From an uncultured bacterium (GTDB taxonomy: Bacteria > Muiribacteriota > CAYSPT01), in assembly GCA_964593455.1 (NCBI GenBank), contig CAZQHK010000001.1:22708-86707 (forward strand): a DNA stretch of 64,000 nt, in the 5' to 3' direction. How positions within the stretch are numbered: the first letter of the stretch is position 1; each line of letters opens with the position of its first letter. This document shows positions 46,317 to 56,331 of the stretch, in pieces. The notes under the pieces were generated by a model. It ran no database searches. It saw only the letters and a list, made by a program, of their open reading frames with translations, and was not told the origin of the DNA. The translations under genes were made by a program, and so were the position numbers.

Positions 46317-46451
46317 AGGTGTAATTAATGAATTTCCCATGGTACGCTTCTGCCTGGGTTGTGTATCTTTTTGATACGCTGCTGGTATCGGTTATTGTTA
46401 TTTTTCTTCTTCTGGCTTTATTGGGAGAAAAACAGGCATCGTCAGATCGAG
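46317..46451 (+). CDS. possible 44-aa single-TM peptide (MNFPWYASAWVVYLFDTLLVSVIVIFLLLALLGEKQASSDRET)
   Basis: AGAGGTG sits 6 nt before the ATG. It lies directly upstream of the DUF2723-like gene. It is below the ORF-track size cutoff, so I translated it by eye. Confidence 0.25.
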
Positions 46452-46494
46452 AGACATAAATTTCCCACCTTTGATGCAGAAAGGCATGTGAACT

Positions 46495-48420
46495 ATGCCG
46501 GCTGGAGCCAGGGCCGATCGGTTAATCTCCCTCATTCTTTTTCTCGGGTGTTTTCTCATTTTGTTGAGAACAACCGCTCCCACTCTGGTAGCGGGAGATT
46601 CCGGTGAACTGGTTGTAGCTGCTCACACTTTGGGAGTCCCTCATCCCCCTGGTTATCCTCTGTTTGCCCTTTTGGGAAAAATTTTTACGTTACTAGCATG
46701 TGGAGGAATCAGTTTCAGGGTGAATCTCATGTGTGCTACCGCTGTCAGCGGCAGCGTTGTTGCTCTATACTGTTTATTGCGAGCAACCGGGGCGGAATGG
46801 TTCAGTGCGCTGTTGGCATCGCTGGCGGCGTTTTCAGTTCCCGCTTGTTTTTCCCAGGGTACTTCCGCCGAGGTATACGCACTGGCTGGTTTATTGACTG
46901 TTATCTTCGTTTGGTTTTGCCTGCGCGAGGCCGCCGGTGACAGTTGGCTTAAACGGCAATCCTGGCTTGTCGTCTGGTTATTATTCGGATTAGGCCTGAC
47001 AGGTCACTACTGGTTCGTGCTGCTGGGCCCGCTGGCGCTCTTTTCTACCTGGAAGCGTCTCCGGATTTCCATCCGGAATATTTTGCTGGCGGGGTTTGCT
47101 TTAAGCCTTGGATTTTCATGTGTTTTTATTCTTCCTCTCCGGTCGGCGAAGAATCCTGAAGCCAACTGGGGTAAACCGGTATCCGCCAGGTCGTTTTGGA
47201 ACGTTCTCGCCCGTGGACAGTACGGTGTCAGTTGGTCGAAAACACGATCCTGGCCGCGGACGATCAGACAGGTGGAGCATCTTCTGAACGAGGCCTGCTC
47301 CGGAGGAAGACTGGTTTTACCGTTCTTGTTTATCATTGGACTGTGCAGCCGCAGATACAAGAAGTCTGCCAGGGGTTTGTTGTTGGGCGGAGCTATCCTG
47401 TCCGGAATAGGCACGGTGGTGGTGGTTAATTATTCCTTGACCGAACCGGCTTTGGAAGCGGTACGTCCTTTTTTCGTTCCGTTCCATTTTTTGTTGCAAG
47501 GGGGAGCCGGTCTCGGTCTGAACGTTGTATTTGAACGGCTTGCAAAGTATCGCAGCCCGGTCCTGACTTATCTAATGGGAGCAGTGGCGATAGCTGGAGT
47601 CGGTATGTTTTTATGGACTTCGGCGGTCGACGGATCGCGGCGAGAAGATGAGGTTGCCTATCAATTTGCCATGAACGTTTTTCGCTCATCGAATCCTAAA
47701 AAAACTGTCTTTATTACTGATCATGACGACAACTTCTTCCCCCTATGGGGTGTTTCCCGGGCGCGGCGACGGCGGCCTGAAGGCCCGGTAAAAATAATAT
47801 GTACCCGGCTATTGTGTTTGAGATGGTACCTGGAAGAGCTTACACGATTGTACCCTGACCTGGAGATTTACCCGCTGCCCATAGAGGTTCGCTCGATCAC
47901 GCTCAATCAGCGTCTGAGAATGCAACAGATGTTGGCTGCTAATAGTAACGAAAATCGGTTTTACCTGGTAACCAGTACCGACCCTAAACTGCCAAAACGG
48001 TATACTCTCGTACCCGAGGGACTGGGATACAGAATTTCGCCGGCTTCAGTAACGCCGGCCGCTCGGATCCGGAAAGCCTGGACAAGATACTATCTGGGTA
48101 CATCGGCAGTTCCTGAAAAAGCTCCGGCGCTTCCTGAACGGAGACTTCTTTCGTATTACGGCCTGGGGTTGACAAACACAGCCGCCCGCTTGGAGGGTCG
48201 AGGAAATCTGGCCGCGGCTTTGATATTCATGAAACAAACTGAACGCTATCTGCCATATTTTGAAAAGTCTCTTCAATTTTCGTACTACAAGCGACTGGGA
48301 TTACTGCATGTCAAGATGAATCAACCGACTCTCGCCGTTGAATATCTGCACCGTGCGCTAAAGATCAAACCCGGCCGGCAGGATATCCAAGAACTCATCT
48401 CCCGTCTGCAAGCGAACTGA
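46495..48420 (+). CDS. DUF2723/TMEM260-like GT-C fold membrane protein with C-terminal TPR domain
   Basis: GDSGELVVAAHTLGVPHPPGYPLFALLGK is the characteristic DUF2723 N-terminal motif. There are ~11 TM segments. The C-terminus is TPR-like (LGLTNTAARLEGRGNLAAALIF...). Confidence 0.65.
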   Translation: MPAGARADRLISLILFLGCFLILLRTTAPTLVAGDSGELVVAAHTLGVPHPPGYPLFALLGKIFTLLACGGISFRVNLMCATAVSGSVVALYCLLRATGAEWFSALLASLAAFSVPACFSQGTSAEVYALAGLLTVIFVWFCLREAAGDSWLKRQSWLVVWLLFGLGLTGHYWFVLLGPLALFSTWKRLRISIRNILLAGFALSLGFSCVFILPLRSAKNPEANWGKPVSARSFWNVLARGQYGVSWSKTRSWPRTIRQVEHLLNEACSGGRLVLPFLFIIGLCSRRYKKSARGLLLGGAILSGIGTVVVVNYSLTEPALEAVRPFFVPFHFLLQGGAGLGLNVVFERLAKYRSPVLTYLMGAVAIAGVGMFLWTSAVDGSRREDEVAYQFAMNVFRSSNPKKTVFITDHDDNFFPLWGVSRARRRRPEGPVKIICTRLLCLRWYLEELTRLYPDLEIYPLPIEVRSITLNQRLRMQQMLAANSNENRFYLVTSTDPKLPKRYTLVPEGLGYRISPASVTPAARIRKAWTRYYLGTSAVPEKAPALPERRLLSYYGLGLTNTAARLEGRGNLAAALIFMKQTERYLPYFEKSLQFSYYKRLGLLHVKMNQPTLAVEYLHRALKIKPGRQDIQELISRLQAN

Positions 48421-48430
48421 CAAAAGAAAA

Positions 48431-48451
48431 AGGAAGCTGGTTAAGCTTCCT
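48431..48451. terminator. bidirectional intrinsic terminator (AGGAAGCT-ggtta-AGCTTCCT, T-runs both sides)
   Basis: Read directly. It lies between the convergent DUF2723-like and hup genes. Confidence 0.55.
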
Positions 48452-48475
48452 TTATTTAATAACTTTGCGACTTAA

Positions 48476-48754
48476 TTACTTTTTGGCAACGGCTGCACGC
48501 AGCGCTTTGCCGGGGCTGAATTTGGCGACTTTCTTGGCTTTTATTTTGATCGATGCGCCGGTCTGGGGGTTACGGCCCGTACGGGAAGCGCGCTTCTTGG
48601 TGGAGAAGCTGCCAAATCCCATCAGGCTGACCTTTTTGCCCTTCTTGAGGCTGTGGGTAATGGCATCCAGCATGGCCTCAAGCGCCCTGGCGCTCTCTTT
48701 CTTCGTAAGTTCAGCTTTCTTGGCGATGGCTTCAATCAGTTCGGTCTTGTTCAT
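48476..48754 (-). CDS. hup: HU-family DNA-binding protein
   Basis: MNKTELIEAIAKKAELTKKESARALEAMLDAI...GFGSF...RTGRNPQTG. Size 92 aa. Confidence 0.85.
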   Translation of the reverse strand: MNKTELIEAIAKKAELTKKESARALEAMLDAITHSLKKGKKVSLMGFGSFSTKKRASRTGRNPQTGASIKIKAKKVAKFSPGKALRAAVAKK

Positions 48755-49098
48755 TCATTTTCACCTCCTTTTCCTTGCAAATAGCGACTTTTAGAGAACT
48801 TATACCATACGATCCCAGGTACGTCAAGAGTTTTGGCGATTTTATATAAGAAAAAATCAGTAATGACGTGCCCTCTCGCTGTTTAAGAAGGAGAAAAAAA
48901 TATATAAACCAGCATGAATAAAGGGATATAGAGCTTTCCGGAATAATTCGTTAGCCTTAAAAAAAATGAGTTTACCCTTGCTGTACGCGAGATCGAGGTA
49001 AAATCGTTCACCCGGGTAAAACCGGAAGTTTGACTTGTCATTCTGGGGATGCTACTATCAGCGATACCGACAGCCTGTTAAGAGAGGGTTGCGTTTCC

Positions 49099-51738
49099 AT
49101 GACTTCCAGGTTTGATATTTGGGGAACATTGACGAAGTCAGAAGAATTCCAGTTATTGCGAGAACAGTTTTCCCGTTGTTGCCGTATATCCTGGGAGATT
49201 ATTCCTCTTTCTGATATCGGTGACCCAGCTAGATTTCCCCGTACACCGGCCTGCCGTCTTTTCAGCGCCTCCGAAAAAGGAAGCGAGTTATGTGCCCGGT
49301 TTCACGCTCAACTCAATCCGCGAACCAAGTCCCGGAAGAAAAAACACGCTATCAAGGTGGCTACATGCAATTGTGGTGTTTCGTTTTTCAACTTCCCGGT
49401 CATTGTCGGCCGGGAAGTTCGGTGTATGGTGGTCAGTGAGGCGGTGTTAACAGAACAACCGGGTCGTGTGTGGCTGAAGGACTTTTGCTCCCGAGTTGGA
49501 ATGAATGCTGACGACGTGCTTGAATCGTTCAGAGCCATGCGTTCCATGTCCGGAGAAGAGCTTTTGGATATGGGACAGTTTCTCAAAGAAATTCTCGATG
49601 TGTATCTATCCCGTACGGTAATCGAACAGAAACTCGAGCATTACCAGCGATCGCTGGCCACGGTACAAGGAGTGAGCCAGGCTCTCAGCACGTTACTCAA
49701 TCTAGACGAGGTCCTGACTGAGTCGCTTGAACATATATCCCGGGTAATGGGGGTGGAAACAGCGTCGCTCATGCTGGTTGATGAAACCGGTAAATACCTG
49801 ACTATCAGGGAGGCTTGCGGGCTTTCGCTTGAGGTAGTAACGAACACCCGGGTAAAGGTTGGAGACGGTATAGCCGGATGGGTGGCCCGCCGCGGAAAAC
49901 CGCTGCTTATTGAAGATGTAGAAAAAGATAAACGGTTTAAACAAACAAACCTGACCGATTACCGGACAAGATCAGCCATCAGCGCCCCTCTCAGAATTCA
50001 TAACCAGGTCATCGGTGTCGTTAATATCACCAATCCATCGTCGGGAGACCTTTTCAATGATACCGATCTGGACTTGCTGACCGGACTGGCTGCTCCACTG
50101 GCTATAGCCATCGAAAATGCAAGACTCCATGCCGACACTGAACGCAAACTCCAGGAACTCCGCGTGTTGCATCAAGTGGGAGAAACCATGAACACAGTCA
50201 TGGACCTGGATGGCCTGTTTTCACTGGTCCTTGATTTGATAACAAAGATCATGGCGGTGGAAAACTGCTCTCTGATGCTATTGGATCATAGCGGCGAGAG
50301 TCTGAGAATCAGAGCCGCTCGGGGTTTGTCTGACAATATTGTCAAAACCACGTGTATCATACCGGGTGAGGGAATTTCCGGTTGGGTTGTCAAACATGGT
50401 AAACCATTGCTGATCCCGGATCTGGACCGCGACGACAGATTTGCGCCGAAAGAGACTTCGCTTGATTACAAGACCCGGTCAGCCCTCTCTGTTCCACTGA
50501 TGGTGGATCGACACGTTTTGGGAGTCATCAATGTTAATAACAAGGTGAGCGGAGATATTTTTACCGAAAGTGATCGACAACTACTGGTCACCCTGGCCAA
50601 CCAGATAGCGGTGGCACTGGAGCGCACCGAGCATTTTAAACGGGCTTGTGAAAAGGTTGAGCAGTTGTCACTCGTTTATGAGTTGACCAAAAGTATAAGT
50701 TCCACTTTGAAGCTCCCACAGGTTCTGGACCGCATTTTGGACGCCGTCATGGATAATTTTCAGGCTGATCGAGCCTCCTTGATGCTCCTGGACAAGGAGA
50801 GCGGTATGTTAAGTATTGCTGCTTCTCGTGGAATTCCGGAGTCGGTCGTAGAGACCCTGACTTTCGAGATAGGGGAGGGCGTAGCCGGTGCGGTGGCTTT
50901 AACCGGAAATCCGCTCCTTATCAATAATATAACTGTTGACGAACGTTACAAAAAGAAGCAGAAGAAAAACGACATGACGCTGCTCTCTGTCCCGCTGCTG
51001 AGCCGCGAGGCGGTGATCGGGGTCCTGAATGTGGAACGTGTTCTGGACGAGGAACGGGATTTATGGCCGTTCACCGGTGAAGACCAGGAATTTCTTTCCA
51101 CCCTGTCTTCGGCGGCGGCGGTGGCTATCGAGAACGCCGAATTATATAAACATCTCCTTAACGCTTACCTGGGGACCGTTCAGTCTCTGGCCGCAGCCAT
51201 CGAAGCCAAGGACGCTTATACTCACGGCCACTCCACCAGGGTAACCGAATACTCCTTGACCATCGCCCGCGAGATGAACCTGTCGGAAGATGATATCGAA
51301 GTTATCAAACACGCCGCTCTACTTCATGATATAGGCAAGATTGGAATTAGCGACAGTGTGTTGCTCAAACCGAGCGGTCTTACCGCCCAGGAGTTCAATA
51401 TGATCAAACAGCACCCGTTGTTGGGTACCAGGATTCTACAGTCGGTAGAGTTTCTGGATTCGGTGCGCAATATCCTGCTGGCGCATCACGAACGATATGA
51501 CGGAAAAGGCTATCCTCTTGGATTGAAAGGTAAGAATATCCCTCTCGGCGGAAGGATAATTGCCGTGGCCGATTCATTTGACGCCATGATATCGGACCGC
51601 CCATACCGACGCGGTTTGGAAGAAGAAAAAGCCATAGTCGAGGTTGAAAACTGCATCGGCAGCCAGTTTGATCCCCGAGTGGTGAAAGCTTTTCTCCGAA
51701 CTCGCCGGACCCCAAAAGAAGCTGATGCCGCCGATTAG
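49099..51738 (+). CDS. multi-GAF (x4) HD-GYP c-di-GMP phosphodiesterase
   Basis: Four GAF-like segments are present (DRASLMLLD, GVAGAV and similar). The C-terminal HD-GYP motifs are HGHSTRV...HAALLHDIGKIGI...HHERYDGKGYP. GAGAGGG precedes the ATG at 49099. The track ORF begins at 49030. Confidence 0.8.
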   Translation: MTSRFDIWGTLTKSEEFQLLREQFSRCCRISWEIIPLSDIGDPARFPRTPACRLFSASEKGSELCARFHAQLNPRTKSRKKKHAIKVATCNCGVSFFNFPVIVGREVRCMVVSEAVLTEQPGRVWLKDFCSRVGMNADDVLESFRAMRSMSGEELLDMGQFLKEILDVYLSRTVIEQKLEHYQRSLATVQGVSQALSTLLNLDEVLTESLEHISRVMGVETASLMLVDETGKYLTIREACGLSLEVVTNTRVKVGDGIAGWVARRGKPLLIEDVEKDKRFKQTNLTDYRTRSAISAPLRIHNQVIGVVNITNPSSGDLFNDTDLDLLTGLAAPLAIAIENARLHADTERKLQELRVLHQVGETMNTVMDLDGLFSLVLDLITKIMAVENCSLMLLDHSGESLRIRAARGLSDNIVKTTCIIPGEGISGWVVKHGKPLLIPDLDRDDRFAPKETSLDYKTRSALSVPLMVDRHVLGVINVNNKVSGDIFTESDRQLLVTLANQIAVALERTEHFKRACEKVEQLSLVYELTKSISSTLKLPQVLDRILDAVMDNFQADRASLMLLDKESGMLSIAASRGIPESVVETLTFEIGEGVAGAVALTGNPLLINNITVDERYKKKQKKNDMTLLSVPLLSREAVIGVLNVERVLDEERDLWPFTGEDQEFLSTLSSAAAVAIENAELYKHLLNAYLGTVQSLAAAIEAKDAYTHGHSTRVTEYSLTIAREMNLSEDDIEVIKHAALLHDIGKIGISDSVLLKPSGLTAQEFNMIKQHPLLGTRILQSVEFLDSVRNILLAHHERYDGKGYPLGLKGKNIPLGGRIIAVADSFDAMISDRPYRRGLEEEKAIVEVENCIGSQFDPRVVKAFLRTRRTPKEADAAD

Positions 51739-51805
51739 TCTTTCAACCTTGCTCCTATCGGCTCAACTTGATAAACTATATTACATATCAGGAAACAGCA
51801 GAACT

Positions 51806-52909
51806 ATGAATCCGGAAGAAACAAAGTTATTCTATCTGGCCGCTGAGAAAATCTCCTCCGGGAACGAGGAGGAGGTTCTTGTCGGTATCTCGATCATGCT
51901 CAATAACCATTTATCGGAAGGCGCTGACGTTATTACCCATTGTCTTACCCATTCAAGTCCCAGGGTGAAACTGGCGGCAATAAAGACTATGGGAGAACTC
52001 CATGCCTCCACGGCAGTGAGCTCGCTGACGGCTCTTCTGGGACGGGAAACCGATCCCCGCGTCCGGGCCACAGCGGCCATTGCACTGGGCAGTACGCGGC
52101 AACGAAAAGCTTTGCCGGCGCTGACCAATCTTTTGAAGGACGAAGACTCCCGGGTCAGGGCGAACGCCGTTGAAGCCATAGCTCTGATGGGAGACCCGGC
52201 CACAGTTTCTATTCTTACTCCTCTTCTCGAGGATGAGAATCACCGGGTAAAAGCCAACGTGGCCATGGCCTTGTGGCAATTTGGAGGACTGAAAATGCTC
52301 AATGTCCTCAAGCGGATGCTGAAGACCGGCGATGATAAGTGGAAGCGGGCTTCGGCCGCCTACGCTCTGGGAGAAATAGGCGGTTTCCAGACTATGGCCA
52401 CGCTTATTTCTGCCCTGGATGACCGGTCAGCGGAAGTGCGCCGGAACGTTATATCATCCCTGGGTAAAATGGGAGCAATTGAGATAAATAAAGAACTGAT
52501 TCCCTTTCTCTCCGATGACGATCCGCACATCCGTGCCAGCACATTAGAAGCGCTCTGCGGCCTCAACAGCGAGCGGAACATCGATAGTATTCTTCACCAG
52601 GCTAAAGTTGAAAAAGATGCAATTGTCCTGGATAAAATGCGATTAATTCTGGCCGATCTTGTTCAGTCCAGGGTGCTGTCGGTAATGGAGAAATTGAAAG
52701 AATTACTTTTCTCCCGTAATCCGCGGGACCAGGGAATCAAGGGGCTGGTTATTGAAGTGTTTGAAGCTGCTGGTACCCAGGAAGAGTTGTTTGATCTCCA
52801 GAACATTGTTCGCAGCCTGGCCGGCAATGAGGTCAAAGACGCTGCCAGAAAAGCTATCAAGGCCATCAAATGCCGTCTCGGCACGGTTGAAGCGGAAGAC
52901 GAACCTTAG
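51806..52909 (+). CDS. HEAT-repeat (PBS-lyase-like) protein, paralog of 11039..12178
   Basis: DPRVRATAAIALG, DSRVRANAVEAIALMG, NHRVKANVAMALWQFGG. It aligns with the other HEAT protein (LLKDEDSRVRANAVEAI vs HLKDENPRVRSDAVEAL). The track ORF begins at 51725. Confidence 0.65.
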   Translation: MNPEETKLFYLAAEKISSGNEEEVLVGISIMLNNHLSEGADVITHCLTHSSPRVKLAAIKTMGELHASTAVSSLTALLGRETDPRVRATAAIALGSTRQRKALPALTNLLKDEDSRVRANAVEAIALMGDPATVSILTPLLEDENHRVKANVAMALWQFGGLKMLNVLKRMLKTGDDKWKRASAAYALGEIGGFQTMATLISALDDRSAEVRRNVISSLGKMGAIEINKELIPFLSDDDPHIRASTLEALCGLNSERNIDSILHQAKVEKDAIVLDKMRLILADLVQSRVLSVMEKLKELLFSRNPRDQGIKGLVIEVFEAAGTQEELFDLQNIVRSLAGNEVKDAARKAIKAIKCRLGTVEAEDEP

Positions 52910-52985
52910 AAGTCAACTGCATTTTCTGGGCTTAACCTGAACCCTCCTCCCGCCGATAAACAGATGAGAAGGAATTATCTTTTTA

Positions 52986-54239
52986 TTGGAGGATACGAGG
53001 GTGAGCTGTTTTCGTTCTGTCCGGATCACCGCTTATTTGCTGCTGTTGTTGGGTGCTGCGGCTATGGGTGTGCTCTCTGCCGGATGTCTCAACTATCGTG
53101 TGCAGGGACTTACCGAACCGCGCCTCCAGGAAGGATTTATCACCTTTGCTATCACCAACTCCAGTGCCCGATCGTCCGTCAGTTCATCTCCTGAAGCCGT
53201 GGTCGACGCAACGTACTGTCGGGTGATCATTCAAAAAATCGAAATAGCCGACACAAGCAAGGTCTGGATCCCCGTATTAACGGGCAACCGACTTGAAGTT
53301 GATCTGCTCGATCCGAATGTGGCTCTGGACAAGCTCTGGCTTTTTCCGGAGGGCATGAATGTGCGCAGTCAGACATACTACTATGTGCGTTTCCATCTAT
53401 CCTACCTTGAGACAGATGCCTTCGATCCCACGATGTTCCATCCATCCTCGTCGCTCATTAAGGAAGTCGCGACTTCCGGTTTTCAGGTCAACTCTGCCAG
53501 AACCACAACTATGATCATCGATCTGGATGGACCCGGTGCTTTCAAGAATGTCGCCGATCCGCTCGCTCCGGGCTTTTCTGTTGAATCTATCTCCTGGCTC
53601 AATCGGGAGATTATCCTGATTCCCTACTCGCGGACTATTCAGGGGCGGCAGGGAGTTTGGACCAGCGGGGAAGAATACGGTTATTACCATGAGTCAACCA
53701 TGCTGGATACGGTCGGGAATGTGGTCGGCTCATTCACCTTTAATAACTCTTTTTCTTCCGGCACATACACGTTTTCAGCCGGTAAACTGCAGGGTGTCCA
53801 GGGAACATTTCAGTTCATCCGGGATGGATTTACCACTCCGAACACTGTGTGGAAAGGCGATATAAGCAGCTCACTAAAGTGGGCGCCGTTTTCACCTGCT
53901 TTCATCCCCCGTTACTTCGTAAAGACGATTGAGTTTGACAACACGGCTGCGTTGAAAATCATTATGGTTTGGGCCAATTCGGCTGATTGGGGATTCTGGA
54001 CTGCCGACACGGTATTCAATGATTTCAGCGGATATTTTTACCATCTCGATGAAGAAGGGAACTCGATGCCTTTTGGGAGTCACGCTTACACCCGGTTTGA
54101 TACCGATGACTACAGCTATCGCTGGTTCGAATATCCCGGGACGCTACGCCAGGAATGGTGGGCCGGCAATTGGGAGTTTGGACCAACCATCGATGAAGAA
54201 CGGGCCGAATCCCACAGACTTTATTCTCTCACCGAATAA
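52986..54239 (+). CDS. hypothetical lipoprotein (417 aa)
   Basis: Signal peptide plus lipobox (LSAGC). Beta-rich. No motif I recognise. Confidence 0.45.
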   Translation: MEDTRVSCFRSVRITAYLLLLLGAAAMGVLSAGCLNYRVQGLTEPRLQEGFITFAITNSSARSSVSSSPEAVVDATYCRVIIQKIEIADTSKVWIPVLTGNRLEVDLLDPNVALDKLWLFPEGMNVRSQTYYYVRFHLSYLETDAFDPTMFHPSSSLIKEVATSGFQVNSARTTTMIIDLDGPGAFKNVADPLAPGFSVESISWLNREIILIPYSRTIQGRQGVWTSGEEYGYYHESTMLDTVGNVVGSFTFNNSFSSGTYTFSAGKLQGVQGTFQFIRDGFTTPNTVWKGDISSSLKWAPFSPAFIPRYFVKTIEFDNTAALKIIMVWANSADWGFWTADTVFNDFSGYFYHLDEEGNSMPFGSHAYTRFDTDDYSYRWFEYPGTLRQEWWAGNWEFGPTIDEERAESHRLYSLTE

Positions 54240-54305
54240 CCTTCTTGTCCTGCCAGTCGTTGCACTGATACAATAGAGTCTCACAATAAACAGGAGGCTT
54301 AATCA

Positions 54306-55472
54306 ATGAAGTTTTTCTCGGTGGGAATTTCCATGTCCTGGCAAATAGCAGCAGGTACTGCGGCCTCCTTAAAATCCGAATGTATCGAAAAAGAACATAT
54401 TTTTATCGGACTTTTCAGTATGGAAAAGCTGGTGGAACTCGGCCGGGAAAGATTCGGACTCACTCCCAGTTCGTGGCGCTCCTTGATCAACGAACAGATT
54501 ATACTGGAGAATCTCCTGACCAGATATGGAATCGATTCCGCTGAAATTCGCCGTCGGGTAAGAGCTCATCTTTCTCCCGGAACCTTCGATGATCACGACG
54601 GGATAGTTCATCGGAGTCACGAATGCATACTTATTTTCAAGCAGGCCGAGCAACTGGCCAGGGAAGGAGGCGGGACGACGTTTGCCTGTATGCATCTCCT
54701 GGCGGCCGTTCTGAAAAATCCCGGGGAAGCCATCACCGCCGCGCTGGACGAGTCGGATATAGTGCCACGTCTTTTCCGGCAGCATGTCATCAATATGGCG
54801 GGAAAGAGACAGGTCGGGTTCACCCGGTTGGACGGGTCCGACTTTGATACTATGCACATGTTCGCCTCGTCCACAGGAAGCGCGGAACTGGTAACGGTGG
54901 TGGACGATATCGTGGTTGCTCCCGAGTTGTCCGATTTGTTGGAGGAAGCCGCGTATGGGCAGCTTCTCGTCCGACATGATGAGATTGTAACCGCTATCGT
55001 ACGGAGGTACCGAAGCGGTGAGGTGATCAAGTCCACCGGCTCCGGGCTTCTGATGGTTTTCACCTCTCTACAAAACGCGATATCTTCTGTTCTCCAACTT
55101 CAGGAGACATTCAAGAACGTGGAATCATTCAAGATACGAATCGGAATGGACATGGGCGCCGTCTTGCGTGAAAAACAGCAGGAAACTGTTGAAATATACG
55201 GCACGGCGGTAGACAACGCCTATCGGCTCTCCCAATTATCCGCTGGGGGGCATATCTTTTCCACCGAGACCATTTATGAAAAAGCAATATCCCTGCAGAT
55301 ACCGTTTTCTGCCTGGTATTGTACCGGCACCCGCCGCGTGGATGAAGACAACCCGCCGCTCGTGATCTATGAGGTGTACGATTTCAGGAGTACCCGCCCT
55401 CTCACCTGTTTCTTCAACCAGCGGATCGATTCCGACCTGGCAGCGTTGGAAAAAAACCTCGACTCGATGTAA
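54306..55472 (+). CDS. Clp_N-like repeat domain fused to a degenerate class III nucleotidyl-cyclase-like domain
   Basis: The N-terminal pair of Clp N-domain-like repeats is EHIFIGLF... and ...ACMHLLAAVLKNPGEA. The C-terminus KSTGSGLLMVFTS...RIGMDMGAVLREKQQ...YGTAVDNAYRLSQLSAGGHIFSTE resembles the cyclase fold, but with substitutions at the catalytic positions. Confidence 0.45.
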   Translation: MKFFSVGISMSWQIAAGTAASLKSECIEKEHIFIGLFSMEKLVELGRERFGLTPSSWRSLINEQIILENLLTRYGIDSAEIRRRVRAHLSPGTFDDHDGIVHRSHECILIFKQAEQLAREGGGTTFACMHLLAAVLKNPGEAITAALDESDIVPRLFRQHVINMAGKRQVGFTRLDGSDFDTMHMFASSTGSAELVTVVDDIVVAPELSDLLEEAAYGQLLVRHDEIVTAIVRRYRSGEVIKSTGSGLLMVFTSLQNAISSVLQLQETFKNVESFKIRIGMDMGAVLREKQQETVEIYGTAVDNAYRLSQLSAGGHIFSTETIYEKAISLQIPFSAWYCTGTRRVDEDNPPLVIYEVYDFRSTRPLTCFFNQRIDSDLAALEKNLDSM

Positions 55473-55557
55473 ATGGATACCGTGAAGCGACCGTGACGGT
55501 TCTTGCTATTTTTCTTCTCATGCCCTACAATTGCTACCAGAGAGGTGATGAGAGAAC

Positions 55558-56331
55558 ATGCGGACATTTTTATTCAAAATAGTGACTGTTGTCCTGCTAC
55601 TGTTTAGCATTGTTCCTCTCGCCTTGGCCCAGGATAAAGCCGAGTGGGTGGCCCGGCAGGTTGACCAGCGGGACACCGGTCGAGACGCCAGCCTGGAGAT
55701 GGAAATGCACCTGGTTGACAAGAAGGGAATTCAGCGGCTGAGGCGGCTTTTCATCGTCCGCAAGAACTTCGGTGGTAGCGACAAGTTCTTTCTAAAGTTT
55801 ACGTATCCAAATGATATAGAGGGAACAGCCTTTTTAGTGTGGGAGCACGAGGATGACGACAGTGAACGGTTCCTTTTTCTGCCCGAAATCGGCCGTGTCA
55901 GACGAATCGCTTCTCGTGAAAAAGATGAAAATTTCGCCGGAACAGATTTCTCGTACGAAGATATCTCCGGCCGGCGGTTTACGGACTACACTTACAAACT
56001 GGTGCGGGAGTCCTACAGCTACAACGGCCGGGAGTGTTACGTCCTGGGATCATACCCCAAAGAAAAAAATCCACGGTTTCCAAAAGTAATTTCCCTGGTC
56101 AGGAAAGATAATTTTGTTCCTATCAAGGCGGGTTACTACAACAAACACGGCAAACTGGCCAAAAACTACGAGGTGATTTCACTGGAAATCGTGGACGGAG
56201 TGTGGACTCCGCTTGAGATGGTGATGGAGAACACCGTCACCGGTCACAAGACCACTATCTCGGTCAAGAAGGTCCGGTATAACCAGGGTATTCCCGATGA
56301 CCGGTTCACGCGAAGCGAGCTCAAGCGGTAA
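55558..56331 (+). CDS. LolA-like outer-membrane lipoprotein-sorting family protein (periplasmic partner of MMPL transporter)
   Basis: Signal peptide ending ALAQD. Size 257 aa. Beta-rich. Translationally coupled (TAATG) to the MMPL gene. Confidence 0.55.
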   Translation: MRTFLFKIVTVVLLLFSIVPLALAQDKAEWVARQVDQRDTGRDASLEMEMHLVDKKGIQRLRRLFIVRKNFGGSDKFFLKFTYPNDIEGTAFLVWEHEDDDSERFLFLPEIGRVRRIASREKDENFAGTDFSYEDISGRRFTDYTYKLVRESYSYNGRECYVLGSYPKEKNPRFPKVISLVRKDNFVPIKAGYYNKHGKLAKNYEVISLEIVDGVWTPLEMVMENTVTGHKTTISVKKVRYNQGIPDDRFTRSELKR

